From Nitrospirales bacterium (GTDB lineage Bacteria > Nitrospirota > Nitrospiria > Nitrospirales > UBA8639): a stretch of 64,000 bases of DNA. Under the pieces are notes generated by a model. The model had not been told where the DNA came from and did not search any database. It saw only the letters and a program-made list of their open reading frames with translations. The DNA lies in NCBI GenBank assembly GCA_965203295.1, contig CBDBCZ010000016.1, positions 608,001-672,000 of the forward strand, written 5' to 3'. Numbering within the stretch: the stretch's first letter is position 1; each line of letters opens with the position of its first letter. Positions 56,301-64,000 of this stretch are shown here, piece by piece. The position numbers were made by a program, and so were the translations under genes.

Positions 56301-59300
56301 TTTCAGATTGGTGTTCCTGTGGAGAAGCTCCACTTCAGCCATATACTTAGTATATTGAAGAACAGTCTGGCTGATCATATCAGCACAGAAAGTGATGATG
56401 TTCACAATAGCATCCAAAGTGAGGTTCGGTACAAGCTGATCATCGATCCTAGTGAGGATGACTCACTAGTGAGGCTCCTGTTCACAAATCAAGTGCTAAA
56501 GAGAAAAAACACACGGCTCTATATTTGCAGTGACTTTCCCGGGGATAGGCAGCTGAGGGTAAGGATACATATATGTAGTCTAAACTTGAGACTTTTTATT
56601 CTACTTTATACTCATCTCAATGTAGGTCCATACCATTGCACAAATCCGTCATTCAGTTGCAGCTGGTCATACCATTCTAATGTGTCAAACAGATGAAATA
56701 CATGAGAGCTTTTATGACCTCTTTAATCAGCATTTTCGTAGCATTAAAGACCCACAAAGTGGAACCCGCCACTATGCGAATATTGCTATTGGTGCTCATT
56801 CCAGGCCTTGTCGAGTGGACCCTCATTTTCAATGTATGGTGGTGATTAAGGAATCAGAATTGCAGGACACACCTGCTCCCTTTCTGAATCGGTTTGAGAA
56901 ATACTACCTTACCCACAGAAGCCTGTTGGATAGTGTTTTTGAAAACATGCCTCCTTGTCTCAGTATACTGCTTCGATCAGTGTACAGCAAGGTTAGTGAC
57001 CTCAAAAGGTATCTTGCACTTTTTTTAAAAAAATCATTCCTTTTATGTTCAGGTTTCTGACTTCATCTCATGTGTAAATCAGTCATCATTTTATGGTTTC
57101 TTGGAGGATAATAGCCTTGAGTCTTTGATGTTGACAATTTTACCACCTTTTGGACAAGAGTATAAATCCCTACTGAGCAGAAACAGTTTTTCTGTTTCAA
57201 CTGACACAGAAGATAAGCGTGTGCTCTTATTGGAAACTCTACTAAACATGCTTCAACACAGTGCTGGCTTCCATATACCTAAGGTTTGCTAAATATAATA
57301 TATGTGTATATTTACCAGTGTGCGATAAGGAATAGTCTGTCATTTTTGCAGTACTCAGCTGAGGAGTTGAAGATGGATGCCGATCATATCTTCAGTATGT
57401 TCCAAAAGGAGCCTGAGTTTGAGGGAATTATGCTGGAAACAAATCATGAGAATGTAGTAACACTGATTGATGAAGCGTTGCATGTACTTCATCATGGTCC
57501 AAATCCAAAGAATATAGATAGACCTTTTGAAGTCTACACTGATGCCCTGATGATCATTGCAGTCCTAACACAGTGGATCGTCAACTATCTTTGTAAGCAG
57601 TTGCTGCAGTTGATGACTCCTGAGGCATTGGCTGTTCACTGTGATAAAATTCCTACCCCGTATCTTGAAAATTATCTGAAGTTTCAAGAACATTTTAGCC
57701 TAAAAGATTTAGTGGAGAGACAGTTCAATCGTTTGAAAATGAATAAATGGTAAGCTCCTGATTAAGCTGTGAGATGTTATTGTATAACTTCGACTGTAGC
57801 TATTTGCATAAATACCTATTCACCAGATCATTTCACTGTTCACATGACTTAGGTGACAGTGCAGTTTGAGATGAGTGTCACATGTGGTATAGATGGAATA
57901 TACTGCATGTGTCATCATCATCATCAATACTTTAGCGTTAGTTCTGTCCGTGCGTGTGTGTGTAACGGATGTGACGTCCACTAATGAACCTCGATTGCGC
58001 GGGATGGGATACGCATGAAGACTGTGACGTCATCATCTGTGTACATAGCTAATTAGTACTTTGACTGCTGCGCATGCGTTGGGACGCGACTTTGTCGCTT
58101 CGGCCGCTGCGTGCGTTGGGATGCTCTGACAGCCGACGGTATTATCGTGATGGCCTCAAATCCGCGCTTCGAGCGCGCTCTATTGCGAAGGTTAGTGGCT
58201 GTATAGTCCTGCAAGTGCAAACCATGCACAGCTGTATCTTCTATATACGCTAGTCAAACTACAACGATGTGCATTAAATGGAGTGAGTTCCATTCGCTTA
58301 CATGTGCTGATGTGGGTATGGTTTTGTAATTGTTTGCAGTCTCTCCTTTGAGTTACTGCCTCCACATGGCTCAGGCAGAAACTACTGTCAAAGTCTCGAT
58401 CAGGCTACTGCCACTGACAGATGCTCCACATTCCTTATGATAGCGATACTACATGTACATGGACATTGCATAGCTAATACATGCTTTAGCTTCTAAAAGA
58501 AATGTAGTGTGCACACATACTATATACTTACCCCCCACTGTGGCGAGTCAATTTTCAACACTGACATGTGGCTTAGTCAAAAGCACTGCTTCATAGGCAG
58601 AAGATGCTATACTGTTCCATGCAAATCGCATAGAGGTTACACTTTGCATTGCTATCTGTACAGAGTGAGCGAGTTGAACATGCACAAGTACTTGTATAGT
58701 ATTATATCTACACCATGTGTGGCACTTATCTTACGCTGTACTGTCACCCGAATCCAGCTGGTACTTCAATTAGGTCACAGCATGTCTTTCACATCTGTCT
58801 TAACACCAGGTCTAAATCGGACCTCTAGCACTTCTGTGTTGGCATTTCAGTGAATACATATCTCACTGTGCTTGATATCTATTATCCTGAGATACCTCCA
58901 CCTTGTTGTCTAACTTATATTTAGATGTAATTTACTGTTACACCCATTAATCACAGAACAGTGGAAGTGTGACATGATATGCATTGTAAAAATAATTGAA
59001 GGGCAAGGCAGTCATATTAATGTTAGCACACAATAGTGCAGGGATGTATAGCTGTACAAATGCTTAAAAGTTTAACTTTTGAAACTATTGCACCACACAT
59101 ACTGCACTATTTACTACCTACAGGGACAATTCTGTATGCCCAACAAAGTTACTCTGCTTTACTCGTTCATCACCACTAATCCGTCAACTTCCATCTGAAT
59201 ATCCTAGTACACTCACCACTGTATCTGATGATGCAATGCAGCAATCTCTCAGGGAGCATATCTATAGCAATGTGAACCATTTAATGATATGCAAAATATC

Positions 59301-62300
59301 CCTAAGGCATTCACAAAGCAAAATTGAAGAACTACTAGCCAGGTATGTTTTGTCGGAGTCACACTTGCTATTGTTGGTTGCAAATATGCAAGAAATCTCT
59401 AAAAAGATGATCAATCATCTCCGGATCATGATTGAAGAGACAGAAAATACGATCACAAATCAGACTAAAGTTTTTGTACTTCTACTCCATTTTCCTCCAG
59501 TGATGTTCTTCAAGCCATGCTACCCTTCCCTCTTCCTGATGGGATGGGGTCACTATTATCTTGATACAATAGCATACGGCACCCTAACAAGAGAAGGTGT
59601 GAAGTCTGTCGTTGATGTTAAGGAATGGTTTTATCATTGCTGCTTTTCACCGTCACCTGGTAATGCACTTAACCGCCAGATGGTTATAGCACTTCAGCAA
59701 TTGCTTCCAGAAGCAATTCCAATAGTTGCCTCACGTGTGGTTTTAACTCACAAAGCTGAGAGAAAAGCAATGGATGCTTCTGAAAGAACTGCAGTACTCC
59801 AAAGACTATTAATAGGCACTCCGCATGGTAATGCTAAAGTTGGAGGAGAAAAACAAAATCAACTGAGCCTAGGCAAAGTGCTGTGTGTAAAATATTGCAA
59901 GTATTGGACACCTCAGTTAATGGTACAACAAATCAAAGAATTTTCTAACTTTATGTACGATTGCGAGTCCACCTTGAATCTTACTGATTCCATTCAAAGT
60001 GTTGTGAGATCTAGATTCTTTGATTTCCTTGTCTACATGTTTTCTAGACTAAACGAAAGAAATGATATTCACATTCTCGTGGAAGAGCCACAGTGTTCTC
60101 CAGTTCAGCAGTTGTTCCTAGATCTACTTAGTGCACTTCCAGCTCCAGAACTAGCACAAATTAAAGTGCTAATGGCTGGCAATCGCCAGCAGCCTATTCA
60201 GCTTTACTTTCCCAGATTTCCATTCTTCAAGCAAGTGTGTGATATGTTAGACAAGGCTGTAGAAGAAAGCAGAGAGAAAGTGAATCAGAAGTCAAACTTT
60301 TTTGACACTGCTTTACCTCAGACAGAAACTTCAGACTCTGTTCATCTTTTTACCCAGAAGAGAACCAAACAGCAAATGGAAGCTTTATTTAACAAAGTTG
60401 TGATGTCAAGAGTGAAGGTATGCGTATTCATTTGTGTATTATTAATTACATTGCTTGATTTTAAAATTCTTTTTAACTAGGAAATGAAGGGCTGCTTGGA
60501 AGTGACAGCTTCAGCTATGAGTGAGTACGGTGATGAAATTTGGAATCGATATTTTACTGACTTTGCCCATAAAAAGCTTCATCTTCAGCCTGAAATGGCT
60601 CCCCTTACTAATGATATCCTTAAAGCTTACATTGGACCTGTAACAGGCAGTAATGCACTTGCACGACTGGTGTCTCTTCATGTTCGCCTTCATGTGTACC
60701 AGATGGATCTCACAAAAGTTGCTACAAATCTAAAGCCCATTTCAAAGATGCAGCAATCATTGTACCCTGCAGCAACCGGCTCTTTAGCTGATTTATCATT
60801 TGCATCAACTTTGCATGACCCTCAATCTATTGTTAGAATACCACAAACATTCGTGAATCTTATTGTAGAGATGCTGTACACATTTGTTCTCCATATGAGT
60901 ACAACTGAGAATAAATCAGAAAGTCTCACATCCTGGTACCAACGCTACAGTGATATTGTAAGTGCATCCAGCAATGAAATCTTTACTAAACACTCTGTTC
61001 ATTATGTTTATTGCATCATAAATTATTTGATTCGTATAGATGTCAATGCCAACAATGGAAGAGAATATCATTCTTGGCTCAACCTCAGTGCGGACCCAAA
61101 ATCAGCTACGCATTCTGCATGCTACCTACCTGGTCATGCAATGCTGTCCTAGTTCAGTGTCATGCAGAGGTCAACAAGTGTTCAGAACCTTACATTCAAA
61201 ATGCCTTCTACAAGACATGAAGGTACATTGGGATGTTACGTAGCAGTTTATTATACTATTACAGGTTCTTTGTTCTATTCCAATACTTTATCCACTAAGC
61301 CACTGAAGGATTTTGAAAAGCCATAATATCTCTTTGGAAAATTTGTTTCTGATAATTTTTTCCCAAAATTACAATGGTATAATTTTTGCCTCCCTGTGAT
61401 TCTCATTCATATAGTATGTCCCCCACCCATTAAATCTTTATTGACAGAGATTTGAGATAGCAAGTTATGATGCACTATACTACTCACCATGCAATACAGA
61501 GGAATTGCATGATCCTCAGTCAGATAACAAGAGCGGAGATTGCAATTATCACTTTTGTAATCTATTTATGTATCTGTTACGTATAGCTTAGAGCATGGGC
61601 AGCTATGTTCTAACTAGGCCGAGGCGAAGCCGAGGTCTAGTTTGAACATAGAGCTGTCCATGCTCTGAGCCATTAAGTATATGCACATCTTCAGCTTCTT
61701 ATGCTCTATGGGATTCTTACTATACTCTATGAGAATTATTGCATACACTTGTTACTATAGTAACATATACTAAAGTATTATAAAATTTAGACCCAGTCAT
61801 GAATAATATCCTTTAAAGTAGGCCAGCTTAATGAGGTATCCAGATCTGATGGATACCTACCAGCAGGTATCTATCGAAGTTGTACCACAGCAGCCATACA
61901 AATCAAAGGCACGGCCAGGTCAATATATATCACTAAGATACCTTATCTTTATATTCATGAGTCAATATGTGCTGCATAATAGATTCGCCCTCCATGTGTA
62001 TATCACTAAACCACCTCAACCTCATTATGTAACCTTAACTTATATACCTCATTTTTATTCATGATTTGCCTGTCACAACTGAAGAACTAGTAATACTTAA
62101 AGGTCAATTTGGGTGAGGGGAATTTAAAGTCCGAGGCGAAGCCAAGGATTTTAACCCCTCATCCAAACTGACCTTTAACTGATTTAATGTACATTGGTAT
62201 AGCAATGATCCCTGTATGTGGCCTCCTTTGAGTGCTATAAGCTTGGTAAAAAGTAGTTGCCATGGTAATGTACATTACCACTTCAAATAAGACACTGGCT

Positions 62301-64000
62301 TTCACTGCTGTCATAACACCAGGTCTAAATCAGTTAGACCCTCTGTGTCTGCATCTCAGTCAATAGATACCTTCCTGGGCTGTGGTATCTATTATTCTGA
62401 GATACCTCCACCTCGTTGTCTAACCAAAAGAATGCTCAGTTAGTGTACGTACTTGTGTGCATTCTAAACAGTAGGTGTGTGTGTGTGTATGTGCATGTGT
62501 GTGTGTGTATGCACTACATGCATATTATTTATTAACGCCTCACACAACAGGTGGATGGACCATTTCTGTATTTACAACAAGTGATGGATGCTGGATTGCA
62601 AGCATTTGCAGCAACTCCGCTCTCCCCAACAATTCATGGAAGGGAGAGCTATTGTGTGCAGTCGTTTATTGAAGGATTATTTGCGTTTACTTTTTCAAAA
62701 CACTGTGCTTCGTTCCCTGATGAGGATTGTTGGTACTTCCTGGAAACTGCAAACCAGCAAAATTCCTACCGTACTCAGGGAACAGCTACAGTATTAGTAG
62801 AAGATCCTCACCATTGTAGTTTCACAACTATGAATGTATTCAAGTTATACCTTTCCAGGATTCTAGGTGAAGCTATTGAGGAACATCATGATCAGGTACA
62901 TTGCTATACTCTGGGACTGTTGTAATTGTACTTGCTTTGCCTTTACTCACTGTTATGATACACAGAAGGAAGAAGCTGTAGTGAAAGACCAAGCTGCCAA
63001 TGAGTTAATGCTTCATGATGCTAAGGTGACTCACTGTTTTCTGCTGTTTTGCTCTACATAGAGAATTACCTTTTTATGATGTTCTGTCAGGGTCGTGGAA
63101 TGGTGGGCAAAGTGCTTACAGCCAAAGTTGAAGGCTCACCTGGTCCCTACATCCCCTTGTTTTACCAGCTAAAAGGCTTCCAGTGCAGCGAGTTTTCGTG
63201 CAAGGGATGCAAGGTTGTGATCATTCACTTTATAACTTGATACCTTTCTACAGTTTAGTGTGTATTATTTTTCTGTTGCTTAGAATGCATTAATGCAGCA
63301 ACCTTTGGCCCACTTGTACTTTTTGACTGTGTTAGAGCATCTGCAAAGCCGGGGAAATCTTCCCAACCATCTTGTCAGACTTACAGGAAGCATTACAAGG
63401 GTAAGCTGCATGCCATTAGGTTTATGATTTTATGATTGCCACATTGATATATGGTACGCATTGTTAGCACCACACTCTCAGACATTGTAAGTAATATAGA
63501 TAAGGTAAACTCTCGTTTCAGCTTTTAGAAATGCAGTCGACTCCCAAATCTGAGAAGGTGTTGCTTTTCATTGAGAAGCAAGCTGTTGTTCAAGTTCTCA
63601 TTCAGCGAGTTACTGAATATTTTGACCCCAGAGAACCTCAAAAGGTTCAAGATGTAAGTTGAACCGTGTAAGGAGAACATAACCGATGTGTAGCTGTAAT
63701 ATGTTTCTGAAGTAAGGATTTAATTTATAATGTAGTAATTGGAGTGAGCCTGAGTCTTACACTAGCAGTTTGTTGTAACATTTTTTTGTCTGTCCAGTAT
63801 GCTAAATATTTCAGCATGCTGTGATTCTTAACCATCTGGTTGCAAATGTTCCCATTTTCCAATAATTGCCATGTGGGCCAGCCTTTGTTATGCTAACTAA
63901 TCATACATGTACTAACAATTACTTCCTCTACACAGCTGTTCAGTGCTCGACTAGTCAGCGGATTGAACCCTCTGCTAAGTGACAATTCAATGGGAGGGAG
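11308..64000 (+). CDS. RNF213-like: Giant RNF213/mysterin-like multi-AAA+ ATPase (putative E3 ligase), multi-exon, 3' incomplete
   Basis: Phase-compatible exons threaded by hand: 11308-11410, 11483-12307, 12917-12988, 33359-33763, 33837-34033, 34220-34344, 39007-39123, 39193-39323, 39819-39901, 41756-42006, 42218-42386, 43628-43831, 44226-44309, 44376-44470, 45645-45912, then about 30 more to 64000. RNF213-type motifs: LPGNGKT (50304-50394, split by an intron), CGIPVIIEGETGVGKT (about 52955-53000), AYLDEINT (54241), IIASCNP, PLIIVGDPGSSKTLS (about 55440), YQCSRRTTS, VVFMDEAGL, FVAISNHVLDAAKTNRA, FGLRDF, ESFYDLFNQ, PAPFLNRFEK. AAA core is secure; linkage of exons upstream of 33359 is inferred from splice phase. 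Confidence 0.85.
11483..11865 (+). CDS. PA (protease-associated)-like domain, copy 1
   Basis: ALILIN..TYQIH..IPMLVITTNDGNFLTALL resembles the PA-fold A.AVII.N ... IP.V.I....G..L pattern; clearly paralogous to 33359-33763. Confidence 0.55.
11868..12272 (+). repeat. Coding hexamer-based repeat encoding a Pro/Gln/Arg/Ser tract
   Basis: CAGCCC/CGGCCC/CAGTCC units, in frame within exon 11483-12307. Confidence 0.9.
13740..13892 (-). mobile_element. Gypsy 3' LTR (153 bp)
   Basis: TGTAGTG..CACTACA inverted termini; polypurine tract AGGGAGGAG on minus strand at 13893-13901; GACAT flank at 13735-13739. Confidence 0.9.
13973..17054 (-). pseudogene. pol: Gypsy pol (protease, RT, RNase H, integrase) with one nonsense codon
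   Basis: VDTGAAVS protease, YLDDILV RT, DAFAYGIGAV..NYSQIEKE RNase H, H..H/C..C Zn finger, DFAGPF/TDNGPQF/SNGAAER integrase; in-frame TAG at 15755-15757 splits the two ORFs. Confidence 0.95.
17959..22861 (-). pseudogene. Academ-type transposase / XPG-FEN nuclease / CXC polyprotein, about 1600 codons in five fragments
   Basis: ASFDNIDK..GWHGTSVQ, VVVGDYKSY, PYPGDWHILKN, ALDEAHEM (transposase); VVIDGMF, EEADQR, DADIL, LSGCDYISYWHGLGKITF (XPG/FEN-like); CSCKSGC..CGCRK..CGPEC (CXC). One in-frame stop at 20579 plus frameshifts. Confidence 0.8.
23060..23289. mobile_element. TAG..CTA MITE with 9-bp TSD, inside the Academ-like element
   Basis: TIR TAGTCTCATTCCCAGACCCTCC; perfect TSD GTGCTTGCC at 23051-23059 and 23290-23298. 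Confidence 0.9.
23927..24430 (-). pseudogene. gag: Gypsy gag, C-terminal part (5' end lost)
   Basis: SIAEYLAELRRLATHCEFG..RDRLVCGLRNQSIQKRLLSE, zinc knuckles CYRRGG..H....C and CHKCQKKGHIAKAC; frameshifted. Confidence 0.88.
24431..25298. repeat. Near-identical direct copy of 13028-13892 (intronic flank plus LTR); LTR at 25146-25298 has GACAT on both sides
   Basis: Direct comparison shows a few substitutions and one 3-bp indel over about 865 bp. Confidence 0.95.
27158..27647 (+). mobile_element. Helentron/HINE-like element, copy 2, with about 115 bp extra internal sequence
   Basis: Colinear with 10815-11192 (CATACCCCGCGCTG.ATAATTCACAACTGGGACC .. GGACGGACAGACAGAACCAATCGCTTA). Confidence 0.6.
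29164..30052 (+). mobile_element. Helentron/DINE-like non-autonomous element
   Basis: 5' hairpin ACAAGTAGTTGTGC..GCACAACTACTTGT, internal direct repeat (about 29500-29660), (ACGC)n/(GGAC)n tract before the 3' end. Confidence 0.45.
30645..32139. mobile_element. Foldback-shaped non-autonomous element, IS3EU-like termini
   Basis: TACGGTGGCCCTGGAGGTCACTCC..GGAGTGACCTCCAGGGCCACCGTA; 6-bp TSD GTTGAG (30639-30644, 32140-32145); arms of about 700 bp, each with a 23-bp tandem repeat (CTCACTCCTCATTCCAATAGTNN). Confidence 0.8.
31485..31566. mobile_element. 82-bp TAG..(C/G)TA MITE with 9-bp TSD
   Basis: TAGCCTCGTTCCCAGG..CTGGGAACGAGGGTA; TSD GCACCAACC at 31476-31484 and 31567-31575; absent from the opposite arm of the host foldback. 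Confidence 0.9.
33359..33763 (+). CDS. PA-like domain, copy 2
   Basis: YQWAP..IPWIDITERDITYPHIRC..GEDLPFLISTL..ALILIN..TYQIH..FPILVI..GCFLKKLLK aligns by eye with copy 1. Confidence 0.6.
34063..34172. mobile_element. Older TAG..CTA MITE
   Basis: TAGCCCCATCTCCAGGCCTTCCCTG..CAGGGAAGGCCTGGGATGAGGCTA; TSD only 6/9 matching. Confidence 0.7.
34532..34652. repeat. 30-bp minisatellite (4 units), resuming at 38637-38667
   Basis: Unit AGTACTATCAACATCACTGGCATTGGAATA. Confidence 0.95.
34776..37844 (+). mobile_element. 5'-truncated, frameshifted non-LTR retrotransposon (RTE/RTEX-like RT)
   Basis: RT motifs NYRGITLL, QAGFR..RSCVDNIF, GVAQACSMSP, FADD, YCYLGI; C-terminal C..C; (TAT)n tail; 16-bp TSD TAGTCACATGCCTAAA (34760-34775, 37845-37860). 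Confidence 0.92.
36778..36916. mobile_element. 139-bp palindromic MITE, IS3EU-like termini
   Basis: TATGG..CCATA near-perfect hairpin; 6-bp TSD CTACTC (36772-36777, 36917-36922); removal restores LINE LGYSSKTCNEAV. Confidence 0.9.
40055..40795. mobile_element. TAG..CTA non-autonomous element with TIRs of about 200 bp
   Basis: TAGCCTCATTCCCAGGCTCTACTTC.. and its inverse; TSD GTTAACTGC / GCTAACTGC (8/9). Confidence 0.88.
40845..41200 (+). mobile_element. Possible Helentron/HINE-like element
   Basis: CAGACAAACAGACAG tract followed by GC-rich 3' hairpin ACCAGCCG..CGGCTGGT. Confidence 0.4.
50643..51236 (+). repeat. Two tandem copies (about 240 and 290 bp) of a repeat ending in a tRNA-like module
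   Basis: CAGACTAAGTTTGGGTGTAGCAC..CTCACAGAA.TTTGCAAT twice; copy 1 lacks about 50 bp covering the 5' half of the tRNA-like part. Confidence 0.9.
51105..51178 (+). tRNA. tRNA-Thr(AGT)-like sequence, probably a pseudogene or repeat-borne
   Basis: D stem GCTC/GAGC, anticodon arm TCTGA-CTAGTAT-TCAGA, T arm CTGGG-TTCAATC-CCCAG, weak acceptor stem (one mismatch, two GU); TATATAAA about 30 bp upstream and TTTTT 4 bp downstream. Confidence 0.6.
58783..58914. repeat. Dispersed intronic repeat, diverged second copy at about 62298-62424
   Basis: Shared TAACACCAGGTCTAAATC .. TATCTATTAT.CTGAGATACCTCCACCT.GTTGTCTAAC. Confidence 0.75.
61583..61672. repeat. Palindrome with CCGAGGCGAAGCCGAGG apex
   Basis: Arms AT.GCT.AGAGCATGG.CAGCT..ATGTTC.AACTAG and inverse. 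Confidence 0.8.
62097..62178. repeat. Palindrome with CCGAGGCGAAGCCAAGG apex
   Basis: Arms TTAAAGGTCA.TTTGG.TGAGGGG and inverse; followed by TTAACTGATTT. Confidence 0.8.

Noticed and set aside
61265..61460. Frameshift or nonsense lesion in the RNF213-like gene
   Set aside because: A direct phase-0 splice 61222>61461 keeps the frame open, so no lesion is required; local exon structure remains uncertain

Overview
Animal genomic DNA, most likely a sponge (inferred from many 60-90 bp introns and the MITE repertoire; not provable here). The window holds the last two exons of a tyrosine kinase gene (1120-1820) and a degenerate transposon block (about 3000-8600: Ginger-like and Zator-like remnants around a 54/57-bp tandem array). 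Most of it is one very large + strand multi-exon gene, which I can thread by hand in frame from an ATG at 11308 to the window end. Its middle is an RNF213/mysterin-type multi-AAA+ core. Its N-terminus is unusual: two duplicated PA (protease-associated)-like exons separated by a Pro/Gln/Arg tract, and no RING finger is visible in the roughly 800 aa after the AAA core. The introns hold nested mobile DNA with readable boundaries: a Gypsy LTR element, an AcademX-like transposon, a 5'-truncated LINE, TAY..RTA elements with 6-bp TSDs, TAG..CTA MITEs with 9-bp TSDs, Helentron-like short elements, a tRNA-Thr-like repeat, and palindromes sharing a GA-GC-GAA-GC-GA apex. All assignments are by eye from motifs; no searches were run.
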